Positions 39,627 to 52,679 are shown, numbered from the stretch's first letter. The stretch is 64,000 nucleotides of DNA from Selaginella moellendorffii (GCF_000143415.4 NW_003314265.1:2869181-2933180); one strand, 5' to 3'. Translations and numbers: made by a program. The notes: a model not told the origin generated them from the letters alone.

Positions 39627-41115
39627 TCACGCCACGACTCTAACAGCGGGCGAAGAATCAACTCCAGAGGATGCAGTGGCCACCTTGTCCATCTTTCGAG
39701 CGGCTGTGACCATCTCCGTTACGTGATCTACAATCACTCCATCCACACCATCCTCTTCTTGTTTGTGGAGAGCTTCGGCCATGTTACTGTAACTAGACAG
39801 TGTAAGAGCTGGTCACTAAAAAGATTTCGCAGTACGTACTTTAGTTCGCCGTAAGTGAGGAATGAGAGGCCGGCTTGCTTTACTTGCGCCACTGCGCTGG
39901 GATTGTTTAGCACGGCTTTAACTTCGGAGACAATCCCTTGGAGGTTACCTGTTTAGCGAGGAGACAAAGGTTAGATCCCAGAGTTTGGAGCAAACGAAGT
40001 ATAGCGAAGCTTACTCGTCTTGCAGACTTGGATTGCTGCCTCTATTGAATTCCGACGAGGATCGTTGTAAAGCTGTACACCACCGTCGGTCAGAAAGAAT
40101 ACCTGCAGGCACCCAAGAGATCAGATAATCACAAACAATTAAGCAAAGGACTTACGGGATATCTCGATTGTTTCTTCCTCAGCAAACCCACCGCGTCGGG
40201 ATGGAAAGAGGAGAAGTAAATCCTTCTTCCGCCGGCGTACTGCTCCACTTCCTGAAAACCAGCAGCGTTAGCCATTTCTGCACGGGAGAAAGCTCGAAAA
40301 CTTCTTAGATTACCGAAAGGATAGCACCGATAACACGCTCCAGCTCCTGGTCTGACGTGGGAAGAACGTCGTGGAACTTCACCTCGATGTTGAAGCCAGT
40401 GAAGGGATGAACCTCCTCAAAGGCCTGTTTGAGCGTACACAAGGAGTCGTCCACACTGACAGTCCATTTCCTCAGAGCCCCATCGCTTGCACGTCGCAAC
40501 AGCGACTTTCCACCCTGAAGAAACAATATTAAATCTCTTCGGACACAAGAGAAGAGACAAACTTCTCTACCTGGTGGCCATCTCTCTGGAAGCCAATGGA
40601 TAGAAACTCGTGCAACGTCATATCTCCTATCGCTCTCTCAACCTGTGGACACAGCCAACGATAAGTGGATAAGTCCTTTCTACTCTCCTCATTTTTTTTC
40701 CTTAAGAAACTCACGCTATCATCAGTGATGAGCAGATCATCGTGGAAGATCACAGCATGTCCATCTTTGGTCACCTAATTCACAAAGAAGTTATATATCA
40801 CGAGGAGCTCAAAGTAAAAAAAGATAGACTACTCTCGTACTCTTTTTACCTGGACATCAAATTCCACGAAGTCGGCTCCATTGGCAGCCGCCATGTTGAA
40901 CGAGGTGATCGTGTTCTCCATGATCGAAGGCCTGGAATCGGCAGCTTCCAGCGCTGTGATCTTGTTCTTGCCACACCCACGGTGGCCAACCACGACGAGC
41001 TTGGGCTTGCCATTAAACCATCTCGACCCTGCAAAGGCAAAGATTCACATCCATAGCGAAGCTAGAGACACCGTATCGCCTTACCTGCCCAGAAATCCAC
41101 CGCGGCTTCTCCCAT
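39627..41115 (-). CDS. Glycerophosphodiester phosphodiesterase (GDPD1/GDE1-like)
   Basis: VVVGHRGCG, ENTITSF, ADFVEFDVQVTKDG..VIFHD, GFNIEVKF, FSSFHPDA, GVDGVIVD. ATG 41115 was inferred via the first intron. Confidence 0.9.
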
Positions 41116-41560
41116 TTGCAAGGTCTCTGGAAGGGCAGCAAAGGAAATATTTCAATGAAAGTTTTCCCCCCTTTTTGCCGAAAGGGATCGATTCATCCCT
41201 TCTCTCCTCCGAGAAGCAGGAAAAGGGAGAGAAAGGGAGAGAGGAGAAGGAGTCAGCGATTGATACCAGGAACAATCTTTGCTTCCGCGATCGCCGAGAG
41301 GAGGCGGCGCTGATTCCCGCTAAGCGGATCTTGAGGCCTGGGCAGCGAATCGCCAATACACGAAGCGATCAAGCACGAGCAGCGCAATGTGGATATCACT
41401 CTTCCACCCATCGATCTTCTTCCCTCTTTCTCCTCTTTATAAAAATTTTACCTCTCTTTCACAGTAACGCGCTAAAGCTGCCGTACCGCATCTGGTCGTC
41501 CATCTCGTCGATATTCCGGGGCGCAATGGCAAGTGGACGAATCTTCCCCAGGGGATCTTC

Positions 41561-41590
41561 GCATATCCATATCAGGGGCTCCGGATATTC
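41561..41590. promoter_or_regulatory. Two P1BS (GNATATNC) phosphate-starvation elements upstream of GDPD
   Basis: GCATATCC at 41561-41568 and GGATATTC at 41583-41590; TATA-like TATAAA on the minus strand near 41436-41441. Confidence 0.6.
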
Positions 41591-41665
41591 CTATTGACTT
41601 GACCATTAACCTTAAACGTGTATATCGATTTCCCTATTGTCCTGATTGAGATGATAGAGATTCTC

Positions 41666-43968
41666 TTATGGTGACAATCGCTCTATCTTCCACTCGCTGG
41701 AATTTGCTAGTCTTGTGAAACGAATCCTAGCAAAACCAAGAGCAAACTTATCAACCATCAAATGTAAGAAACTTCTAACCTGTCATGAAGGCGAGACTCT
41801 CGACCCTGCCAGAATTCTATGGCACGCGGAGCCAATCTAAATCCACCCCAGTGCTCCGGCCTTGGAATCGCTAAGCTCCTGCCAGCACTCCTCGCTTAGC
41901 ATATAAAAGTTGAAATTGGTGCTAACCTGTCCGCATACTTTGCGACCAGCTGCTCATAAGACTCGTCCAGAATGTGCCTCCCGGAAATCACAGCGCTCTA
42001 AACCATGAAGAACTTTGCGTTAAGTTGCCAGGAAGATCGAATAAGAGTTTTCACCTGTGAGCTTACGAGTGCTCCAATTTGACTTTCTCTTGGTCGGCTG
42101 TGAAAATAGTCATCGGATTCTTCTCGGGACACGGGCGACACGTCGCCCTCCACACGGACCTACAGAAGCTCGACGTTACAAGAGATTAAAACTTGGCAAA
42201 ACAGACCTGGCGATGAAGCCTGTCCCAAAAAAACACGAGCGACGCATTAGGATTGGAGTTGAGTTCGTTTGCTTTGCGACTGTCGTAGTTCGTGTACCTG
42301 TATATGCGAAGGAAAGAAAAGATTTGATAAGTACAAGAGGGTGTTGTATAAACAACTTACCAAACAAAGCCTCGAGCATCGTAGCCTTTCAACAAAACCA
42401 TCCGAGCAGAGCTGGGAGAAATAAACAATCAAAGACAAAGACAAAGAGAGAACGAAAAAATTCATACGGTCGTCCTTCAGCATCGGCGGTTGCTAGTGTC
42501 ATGGCATTTGGTTCTGGCAATCCCGCAGCCACGGCATCTTCAAACCACTCTTTGAACTGCAATCCAAATACTCGTCATTGTTAATAAGATTGGAGTCACA
42601 GCAGAGATTTTCTCAAGCTTTCTACCTGCTGTATGGGATCTGAGTTCACTTGATTCTCGAGCAGAACGGATCCAACATAGTTCTCTCTCAGAGCCGCAAC
42701 ATCTACGTGGGGTGTCCTCCCGATTCGCACGCATTGAGAAGTTCCAGGATATGGCGGCAGCTTCAAGTTAAACTTATTCACCACTGCAGGAGGAACAAAT
42801 CTTCCACCTAGAAAATGATGAGGACCTTTAAACATTTTGGCACAAAGCTTTGGAGCCGTGAGAGAAACCTGGACAGTCCACAGATAAGTATTGAATCTAA
42901 ATGAAAGGAAACTTCGCACCAGCATATCTGGATTCAAGCCTAGTCCATTAACATCGCCCTCTTCAACGTGCCAGCCCGATGGAACATCGACCGATACTAC
43001 ATTTGGCGTGCGCGTCAAAAGCTGTACAAGCTTGTCGAAAGGAGGTCTTGGAACTCCTGGAAATGCAAGACTACTTAAACCCGCAAACAGAGAGGGAACG
43101 CATTCTTGCCTTTGAATGAAAATCCGAACATCGCATCCACGACAATATCGTAACCGGAGCTTAACTCCGAGGGAAGATCCTCATGCGACAGGAACGGCAC
43201 AGACAAGCTTTCAAGCTACAGAAAAACACAGTGAGGGATTAGAACTCCGAGAGATAAAAGCTTGAATCCTACTTGAGTTACGAGGCCGTGGTAAAGAGGC
43301 TTGTCAGTTCTCTTGGGATAAACAATGCTCGGTTTGTAGCCAAAATGGTGGAGATGGCGAGCGGCCACCAGTCCGTCACCACCGTTGTTTCCAGGACCAC
43401 ACAGCAGTAAAACACGAGCGTGATCGAGAGAAGAATAAACCTGCAACGAGAAAATTAGAATCACATAAATGTAGTTTTGGTTTCATACCTCAGCTATGGC
43501 CGAAGCAACACTCAATCCAGCAAGTTCCTGAGAAGAACAAAGAGAAAAAAAGGAACTTAAGAAGAAGAAAGAAGAAGAAAGAGAGGTTACCATTAGCTGG
43601 TCGACACTGAATCCAAGCGGCCCCATGAGATGCTCGTCAATTCCGATCGCCGATGATTGCGAGAGATAGGAAATCGAGTCGGGGTCGTGCAAATGCTGCA
43701 CGCTCACTGCCGCCATTTCTTCGCGCGTCGTCGAGCAAGAACGTCGGGGAATCGAGCGCTCTCCAATCCAGCTGATTCTACCGCTGCTGCGATTCGTTTG
43801 ATCCCAAAACCTCACTGCCCTAGCGCGAGAAGCTCCCCGATTCCAGCAGCTCGCGAATTTCAAGCAATGCCTCGCACTGAAGTGTGCAGGCAGCTGCAAC
43901 AGAGAAATCGCCCCAGCGCTCTTAGCAGCTCAATCAAATCTGGGGGAAGAGAAAGACGTCACCGCCAT
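41666..43968 (-). CDS. PDX3: Bifunctional NAD(P)HX epimerase (YjeF_N) / pyridoxine-pyridoxamine 5'-phosphate oxidase
   Basis: [83 protein letters not shown] 6-nt first exon (ATGGCG) is inferred. Confidence 0.9.
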
Positions 43969-44026
43969 AGCGCACTCAAACAATGCCGCGCCCTTAGAGC
44001 CCTAGAAAACAGGGGACCCAAGAGCC

Positions 44027-45628
44027 CTAAGATTCCGGTATATTCTCCTTCGTTCTTCTTAAGTTGCTGGCCAGGAGAACATACGCAGCCCCATTCCTGG
44101 GATTCAGTCCCAGCGCGCGATCGGCCGCGACATCGCTGCTACCGCAATCGATCCTCTGCAGCGTTGCCCATGCCACATCATCGGGAAGAAATGGCATGGT
44201 GTTAACGAGCTCCTCGGCGTCGGCAATCCTTCCCACTCTCGCCAGGACGTCGATCATTGCCCAATAGTGCTCCTGCGATGGATCAAGCCAGTGATCCGAT
44301 CTCATCGACCGGAACAGCGCGCCCGCGGCCTCCAGCATTCCGGTGTGGCTGTGCGCGAGCAGCGCCGCCACGAAAGAGACCTCGTCCGGATCCTCGCCCT
44401 CGCAGCGCATCGATCGCAGCAGCTCGACTACCTCTCTGCCGCGCTCGTATCGCGCGCACGCCGCGATCATCGTGTTCCAGGAGCCCCGATCGAGATTCCA
44501 CTCGGGGATCGACGCGAAGAGGGCCCTCGACTCGCGCAAATGCCCGCACTGCGCAAAGGCTGTGATCATCGCCGCTGCTGCCACGGCGTCGTGGCTGGGC
44601 ATCCGCTGATAGACCTCTTCCGCGCGGCGCCCATTGTCGGCGTGATCCCCAAATGCCTTGATCATCGTGGTCCACGCCGCGAGATCCCTCTCGGGCATCG
44701 ATTCAAACACCGTTTTCGCGCGATCGGGATCCCCGGCGCGCGCGAGCGCCGTGATCATCGATCCCCACGCAATCGCGTCCCTCTGCGGCATCGCCTCGAA
44801 GACCCTGAGGGCGCAGTCCAGATCGCCGGCCTGCGCGCTGGAATCCAGCAGCGCCGTCCAGGAGATCACATTCCTCCCGCCCAGCTCCTGGAAAAATTCC
44901 CAAGAACACAGCAACCTCGCCACCGCCGTACAAAGTACCGGGCTCTCGCCACCAGCAACGCGGCCGTATAGGCCCCTGGCGCTCGCAACATCGCCGTTGG
45001 ATGCGTAGGCGTGGATCAACGGCGAGCACGATGCCACGCTGTGGGCGGGCATTCTCTCCAGCACCATGCGCGCTTGATCCACTTGCCCGGCGAGGGCATA
45101 CGCACTGACCATAGCATTCCAAGCGATTAGATCCCTTTCGAGCATCTCATCAAATACTTCTCTGGCGCAGTCGATCTGGCCACTGGCGGCGATCATGCTT
45201 GTGGACATCGCTAGAGTTCTTCCAGGCGCTCGATTAAAAGCGTCCAGCGCAGTTTCCAAATCACCACTCCCGACAAATGCCGTCACCATGACAGCCCAAG
45301 ACGCCGAGTTTCTCCCCGGAGCTTCGTCGAAGAGCTTCTTGGCGTCGGCAATTTCTCGGATTCTGGCGTACGTTGTGATTAATGAGTTCCTGGCATGTAT
45401 ATCTGGCTGTGGTGTCGATTGAAAGAGCTGCCTAGCAGAATCCAGATCCCCACACCGGGTATACATTGAGATGAGGAGGCTTGCGAGGAGTGGCGTCTTC
45501 TCGAGATCGATCCGGCGCGCGCGAGCGTGGATCTGCTTCCCTTGCTCGAGGTTTGAGCACGATCGCAGCAGCTGGGAAAGCTTCTCTCGCTCGAGCCAGG
45601 CGCGGGACGGGCGGTCTACAAGCCGCAT
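44027..45628 (-). CDS. PLS-class PPR protein with E-like C-terminus, single exon
   Basis: Tandem short PPR motifs, SHTG, HYWAMIDVLARVG, MPFLPDDVAW, AAYVLLASN; first in-frame ATG at 45628. Confidence 0.88.
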   Translation of the reverse strand: MRLVDRPSRAWLEREKLSQLLRSCSNLEQGKQIHARARRIDLEKTPLLASLLISMYTRCGDLDSARQLFQSTPQPDIHARNSLITTYARIREIADAKKLFDEAPGRNSASWAVMVTAFVGSGDLETALDAFNRAPGRTLAMSTSMIAASGQIDCAREVFDEMLERDLIAWNAMVSAYALAGQVDQARMVLERMPAHSVASCSPLIHAYASNGDVASARGLYGRVAGGESPVLCTAVARLLCSWEFFQELGGRNVISWTALLDSSAQAGDLDCALRVFEAMPQRDAIAWGSMITALARAGDPDRAKTVFESMPERDLAAWTTMIKAFGDHADNGRRAEEVYQRMPSHDAVAAAAMITAFAQCGHLRESRALFASIPEWNLDRGSWNTMIAACARYERGREVVELLRSMRCEGEDPDEVSFVAALLAHSHTGMLEAAGALFRSMRSDHWLDPSQEHYWAMIDVLARVGRIADAEELVNTMPFLPDDVAWATLQRIDCGSSDVAADRALGLNPRNGAAYVLLASNLRRTKENIPES

Positions 45629-47059
45629 CAGCGCTGACGTGGGGGCTGCGTCGCTTTTAAACTTTCTCTGGCAGTTCCCATGGGATCGATCGATCAATCC
45701 GGTTTTATACCCCCATTTCTCCAACGTTCCATGCAACAATTCGCCTCTCCATCGAGCAAAGTTTTCATACCGTGCCTCACGGTTTACTGCCTCATGGCGT
45801 GATCACCATTTTATTGGTACCATGTAGTTTCAGTCAGTCCCTAGTTTCTTCAGTCAGTCAGTCAGTCCCTAGTTTCTTCAGCTGGATTACTTGTTTCACC
45901 TTCCGGTATGAACATTTTTGTATCTATGATTTTATTGGATTAAAGAAATGTAAATTTATTGCAAAAAATATAACCAGTAGTCTGAAAGAACATTAGAGAT
46001 TTTCCTTTCAAATTCCACTTAGAAGCTAAAATGCCTTTCTTTTCAGATGGTTATATTTGAATCTGGATTAAGAAGCAATACCAAATCATATAGCTTATGC
46101 TTATAAGAAAATCCAGTCAAGATTACTAGTGCTTGATCCTCATAAACTTCAGTTAATTTCATTCTCTCAAGGGTCTTTTCCTTCTCAATCCTATGGTTGG
46201 GCACAAAAGGATTTAAAAATTTGTAGAATGGACATTATAATATTTGTTGGAAGTCCCACTTTTTTTAGTAATTGAGATTGGTTGAGTGTATAAAGTGAAA
46301 ACTAAGAGTGAGGGTGTTATAAGTTATATGCATATACATACTGTCGGTTGGACTATTTCTCGAACAAACAGGTTCGTTGTTGGTTCAATAAAGCTTTTCA
46401 TAACTTGTCCAATAGATCCAAAGTTTAAATAAGTAATAAATCTCCAGCTTTCATCTTACCTTAACCAATATTCAATAAAAACAATTGAAGACAAAAGAGA
46501 ACATATTATTGGGCTTCACATCGCATAGTGTACCTTGTGGTTTGCTGATTATTATTAATTATATCATATTAGTTTTGCTAAGTAGAACCCACCCTTTACA
46601 AGGTGGTGGAAGTAAAGCCAAACATAATGCATGTCCAGAAACATACTTGATTTGCATGCAAGCAGCTGATGGCAAAGTTTGACAATAAACTGATGGTATC
46701 TCAAGTTTAACTGTGTCAGGGAGTCTTATAGGAAAGACATTGAGTCGTCCCCTATGAAAGGTAATATCTTTTGCAAGGTAAATTGAGAGGTTCTAACTAA
46801 CATTCACAAACAAAAACCACCAATGCACCTCAGAGCAACTTAAATATAGATCTAGTTCATGAACATTTGCTCACTGTATGATGTCATTTCAAGCAAGTTT
46901 ACAACCATTCCTCTTAAGAGAAGTTTAATATAAACAGAGATTACTTTTGTGTAATTAAAATTGTTAAACCATAGTTATTGAAACAAATATCATTCTGAAA
47001 AAATGGTGAGGACCGTTTAGAGAAAAAGTTTTATATTTGAGTTTTCTTTTCAAGAACTA

Positions 47060-47900
47060 TAGCTAAAGCTTGTCCATCTCGTAGGACAGTCCCATGAGGA
47101 TCTTTGTAGCCAAAATGGTGGAGATGGGCAATCTGTCACCACCATTGACACAGCAGCAAAACACAGCTGTGATTGAGCAAAGAATAACCTCATACATACA
47201 ATCTGGTTTTCGTATCATACCTATGGTTTGAGTAAGAAATCTGTACCATTATCTGGTTAAACGCGGCACGGTGACCATTTCTTTTTGCGGCGAGTAAGAA
47301 CGTCGCGATATACCGCTCACCAATCCAGAATCATTTCAGGGATCGAGGTGGAGGGCCCTCGACTCGCACAAATGCCCGCACTGGGCAAATGTTGAGATTA
47401 TGTGGCTGTGCATCCTCTGATAGTATAGATTCCAGCGTAGTCCAACGCCGCGCGAGATCCCTCTCTGGCATCAATTCAAAGGCCGATTTCGTGCGATATT
47501 TGAGAGCGCAGTGAGGTCCCGCACTGCGGCGGAAATTACGTCACAGGGCCAGCGTGGCACTTTTGTCAGTGACGTCATTGCTGACGCGCCGGCCGCTTCC
47601 ATGAAATAGGGGGGCGGGGGGGCGGCGCTCCTGCGTGTATGTGTCCCCCAGGGACGCGTGGTCTTGATCAAAGTTTGATCCTGGAGCTCGCGGGGAGCCC
47701 ACATTCGCTACAATCCACAGCGTCGCTTTATGCCATCAAAAAAACTTTTCCTAGCGGCTGGCGGTGTGGAAATTGATCGAAGCCAGCAAAAGAATAGATT
47801 GATTACAACCATCTCTCCATCGTTCCGTGCGTGTCCAGAGCTTTTCAAGGAGAATTCGCGTCTCCATCGCGCGGAAAGTCTCAAAGAATACAACGCTGCA
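47060..47900 (-). pseudogene. Fragmented direct duplicate of the PPOX 5' exons and the neighbouring PPR
   Basis: tttgtagccaaaatggtggagatgg (=43333), gagggccctcgactcgc.caaatgcccgcactg (=44519), gcgagatccctctc (=44679), aattcgc.tctccatcg (=45738), in the same order. Confidence 0.8.
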
Positions 47901-48726
47901 TTAGGCGGTGTGGGCAAACACGTCGGACACGCCAACCGAAAAGAAGGAACGCTCCTTGCTTTCATTCCGTACCTCCTCGTGGTTTGACTTCCCCGTGATC
48001 CCCGGGTCCGTACTCGCGTGCTCACCATCGCGTTTGTCTCCTCGAGAGTTGCTACATTAATTACCTTGTCATTGTTGGGGTTTGCCGCTGGTGCAAGCAA
48101 GCAAGCAAGCAAGCCTAGAAAGCACACAAAAATAGTTTCGATCGGACAAAGACCCGGCGTTTGACCCGGCTCATGCCGCCGTTTTCCAGCAAAGTCAGTC
48201 AGTCAGTTCACACACAGTCGTTCAGTCAACCTTTCAAAGTCAAACCAGCCCGATTATTTTTGATTCGTTTACACGCGAGCTCTTTTAATCTTGTTTGTGT
48301 ACTGTTCCTCAATCACAAGTGTAAAAGCCTTTTTGTATTTTACGAATTTATCCGAAGTTTCGTGGCTTGGCTCGAAGAGAATTTACACGTCGCTAGACAC
48401 ATACACAAGCAAATCCGATCTCAAACAGGCACAGTAAAACACAAAAAGAAAGGTTGCATTGCCAAGTCTTTTCCGAAACTTCGTGTGGGCGATTGATTTT
48501 CTGATCGGGATGGGTAGTTAACACAGATTTGCGCTTTCTCTTTTTAATACCTTTTACCCTCCACTCAAGATCCAAAAGCTATGCTTGCTTGAAAACATAT
48601 AAACTAAAAAGAAAGTTTTGTTATCCTGAATCAAATATGTACAAAATAGTGTTGATGTTTCCGTCGTTGAAATTGTCAAGCTCTTGTTTCAAAATATCCC
48701 CCAAGAAGATGAGAAAAAGAGGAACT

Positions 48727-50338
48727 CTAGAAGCTCACCATGTCCTCCAGAAGTCCCTTGTCGATCATTGGCGAGCTCGCGGCCACGAGGCCCGAGGATA
48801 GGATCGATCCAGATCCAGCGGCGGCGGCAGAGGGATCCAGCATTCCAAATTGGTGGTGTTGGTGGAGGTGTTGGTGGTGGCTCATGAGGAGTGGATTCGC
48901 AATGCTGCTGCTAGCGTTGACACCGGTGGCACCGGTGGCGGTGGCGGCGCCGCCAAAGCTGGCGGAGGGGTGATTGTACAAGAGCCTCGAAACGCAACTC
49001 ATGTACTGCGACTCGGCGCTGCCGCTCCGGATGGCCGCGGGGCTGTGGTGCGTGTGAACGCCCTCGTACGTGGTGATCACCAGGCTGGAATCTTTGGAGG
49101 ATCTCTCCACCCTCTTCTTGACGTGGCACTTGGTGTACGTGCACCGGTAGTAGCTCCTGAAAGAACAATACCAGCCGATATTAGCATCTTTTTGGATTCT
49201 CTCCATGATCCTCTCTCCCTCCCTCCGTTTTTGCCGTCGAATCGTTCCAAGGATTGATCATGGAGACTGGAGCAGAGTCCCATGCTCGTCTCGATTTCAC
49301 CGTCGATCGTGGAGGTGGTCAATCCAATGGCCCCAATTCAACGCATTCCTCGCCTCTCTCTCTCCTCTCACAATGGAGGTCTGCCGTACGCACCTTGGGT
49401 ATGGGCTGTTCTTCACGGCCTTTTGTCCGTACTTCCTCCACCGGTAGCCATCGTCCATGATCTCCTTGTCGCTCTTGGTTTGTATGGCATACCTGGGCTG
49501 GTGGCTTCTCTTCTTCCCTTTTCTCCTGGGATTGGTGGCCCTGGAGAAAGAATGCAACGAAACAAATCGATCAGTGTGATCGGAGGAGAAGAAAACTCTG
49601 TCGATCGAACCGATCGATCGAGAGAGAAACTTACTGCTGCTGCTGCTGCTGCTGCGTCTGCGGCTGCTGCCTGGCCGAGTCGTAATGATCCAATGATGCC
49701 CCGCCGTCGCTGGCTTTTCTCTTGGGCGCCACTCCTCCATGGAGCGCTTCCATGGGCTCGTCGCTGGAGGAGGAGGATATCGAGGAATTCGGGGTGCCCG
49801 GGGGGATCACTCCCCTGCCCGATCCAAGCAACGATCCAGTGGCGGTGCTCGAGTGATCGCGCATGAGGAATTCCGAGAGGGTATCGAGGACCACTTTGCT
49901 GCTGCTGGTGCTCGGGGAAGGATCACTGCTCGCCGACGAGTAGTTGAAGCCAAATCGCGGCATCTGCTGGAAATCGCTGCCGCCCAGCTCGAATCCAGTG
50001 CCGCTGGGATCGTCGAGGAGCTCCAGCTCCTTGCGCAGGGCCTGGAGCTCCGGCGAGGAGCTGTAGCTGCTGGCGAGGGCGGGCTGGCCAGGCAGCAGAA
50101 ATTGCGAGGAGCTGGAGGAAGAGGTGGAAGCGCCCGAGAAAGCTTCCGCGCCGTGAAAGACCATGGAGGGGACAGGCAGGGTCCCAATCGTGCCAGTGCA
50201 AGCCGGCGATGGCCCGGCCGGATTGAAGAAGCAATCGTCCTCTTGGAGCTCCTCGCCATGGCCATCGGCGTCGGGCTTGGCCAAGAGCCTCAGGAATCCA
50301 TCCAGGTCGTCCAGCCCTCCCGGATGAACCACCTCCAT
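48727..50338 (-). CDS. WRKY transcription factor, group IIc, 3 exons
   Basis: [61 protein letters not shown] (C-X4-C..HXH); upstream [13 protein letters not shown] motif. Confidence 0.93.
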
Positions 50339-50855
50339 GTCTGAGCTCTGCGAGATCTCGGTGGAAGAGAAAGAAAATCCCCAAATTGGGCTGCTAGGAA
50401 CTGGCTGTAAGATATCACCTTTGGAGAAATGAATGCGCAAAGGCGATCGATCGATCGAAGCGAAAGAAGGCCCGGGGGTTTTATGGAGCCTAGAGGAGAC
50501 GAAAGATCCAAATTTGCGGCCCAGCCCAGTCCCTATCAATCGAAAGCGAGTAGAGGCGCGATGGATCGAGCGGGGACGCGGAGAGGATTAGAGTAAACTC
50601 GCGCTAGAAGAGAAAGAAGAGAGACGATCCATGTCTGAAAGAGCGCTCGCGCCCACAACGGGAGCTGACCGACCGACACACACGAAAGAAAATAAAAAGC
50701 TAGAGGTGATGGTGGAAGGAATCGAACCGGACACCCGGACAAACAGTGCCTTTATACTTTAATTTTTCCTGCGCAGCGTTCGCTCGGCTACGCGTGGCGG
50801 CCAAGGCTTAATGAGTTCAACTTATTTAATTTGATCTCTATAATTTGTTTAGAGA

Positions 50856-51751
50856 GGTCAAGGTCAACGCCTTTGAATCGAGACGAGATGATTAATATTT
50901 GCCCCCTAATAATTAGAAATACATAACCTAATGTACAGATCTCTTTCTCTCTCCTTTGACATTTGCTACCACGTTTTTGATTCGGTCAAACGGGTCGAAG
51001 ATCCGCGGGCAAGCGTTGGTTCCGTTGATTTCTTTCAAAGATTTGGAGTGTTGAGCAATCCATTTCAATGGTTTCTTTGTTTGGAAAATCGCGGAGGTCA
51101 AACAGCTGGAATAGTTCGTCGTGTTTTCTTGGTCCCACACGCAAAGGCAAATGCAAATGCTGCAAATGCCGGGCCATGGCACATGGTTTTCGCAATTCCT
51201 TCTTTTGTTTTTCTCCTTGTTCTTGGTGGTTTTCCTCCTCCTTTTTTTTAATTTGTTCATATCTAAAGTGGGGGAAAACACAAATAAGACCTCCATGTGG
51301 TGCCACATTCCCTGCGTTGAATGGATCCAAAAGATTCCTTGTCCAGTCCACGAAGAACAATAGTTGTAAGGAGGGAGGTATTTAGATCAGATGTGGATCC
51401 GAGTGTGAGAAAACAAGTAAACATCAACATTGGCATTCAATGTATGATGTTGTGACCAACGCAATACTCCAAACCAAAAGACCCCCATTCTCACAAGAAA
51501 AAAAAAGAATTCTCTGATCCATCTAGACGTGCCGTGTTCCAGTTATGATGTTTGGGAGGGCTTTGCGAAGTGTAAATTTTGGAATGGGACTATAGTTTAC
51601 TTGCTCCTCGGTGAACAAAAAGAAATATAGAAGTGGCGTCGCGATCCCAACCGAAACAACTGCGACACGTGGTGGCATCTCCGGCATACGCGGCACCGAG
51701 TTGACCAGATGCGCGATGACGTAATTTCGCGGTGTTTTTAAGTGTTTGACT
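50856..51751. promoter_or_regulatory. W-box cluster (TTGACY) upstream of the WRKY gene
   Basis: GGTCAA at 50856, 50862, 50984, 51096; TTGACC at 51701; TTGACT at 51746. Confidence 0.55.
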
Positions 51752-52519
51752 TTTGGGGGACTTAAAGTCATCGCTCAAAAGGACCTGATCCTCTAAATCC
51801 TTCCATTGCATGCCTTTTCTTGTCTTCGTTGTTTCTTTCTCTGGGATGATAATCCCAAAGAATAGGTTCAAGCTTGCTCATAAATTATTGCATTATTTGC
51901 AGGCATTGTCTTTTACAATAGAGTTCCCAAATTCTCACAAAGTGGGCTGGCCGTGGTTTTTTTTAGACAAGTTTGCACGGACAAATGAGTTGCTTAGAAT
52001 AGCATAGGAGGGCAGCCTAAGCTGGACATTTTGCATTTTGGTTCTTTGTGCCTAAAGTCAATTATATGATTGTTTCTTCAATATTATTTCCTAAAATTAT
52101 TATAATATTATTTAAAATAATTCTAAATCCAATGAAAAAAACAAAGAGCTTATTAGCTTTAATGTAGTTATAGATTTTTGTGATTAGAAGAGTTCTATTT
52201 TTAAATTAATAGTAATTTTTTGGAGAATACCATCTAATGCTTTTTTTAGATGGTGTACCACTTTCCATGCTACTAATCTCACCATAATTTCTCCATAACT
52301 TTTCAATAGATTTTCTTTTTTATTTTACTAAATTAAAGTTATTGTCTTTGGGTTTTGTTTCAATCATGGTTGCTAAAAACTATTTTGGTGGTTTAATGGA
52401 AGTTTCAAATTTATGGGGTAGTTTATATTTGCCTAGAAGAAGCTTCATATGTTCATATGTTCCACATAACTTATCATCATCACTTTTTTATCTTCTAAAG
52501 GGGAGGATAATGCAAGATT

Positions 52520-52679
52520 TGTAACTATATGTATATGTATATGTATATGTAGATTGCAATTATAGTATTATCACATAAGGACTATCTAATTGAGATTGAA
52601 TTTGGTCCATCCATTATTGTATATAAGTAGGGGTTTAAACCTCAATTAATATACCTATTCCCATATCCTAAACCTCACA
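52520..52679 (+). mobile_element. Probable diverged solo LTR related to the gypsy LTRs, opposite orientation
   Basis: tgtatataagtaggggttt..caattaatatacctatt..ccatatcctaaacctcaca resembles the reverse complement of 8900-9000 (tgtatataacctaggtttt..taattgatatgcccatt..ccatattccaagcactcaca). Confidence 0.5.

Noticed and set aside
45826-45882. Short direct repeat cagtcagtccctagtttcttcag
   Set aside because: Simple slippage duplication with no further structure.
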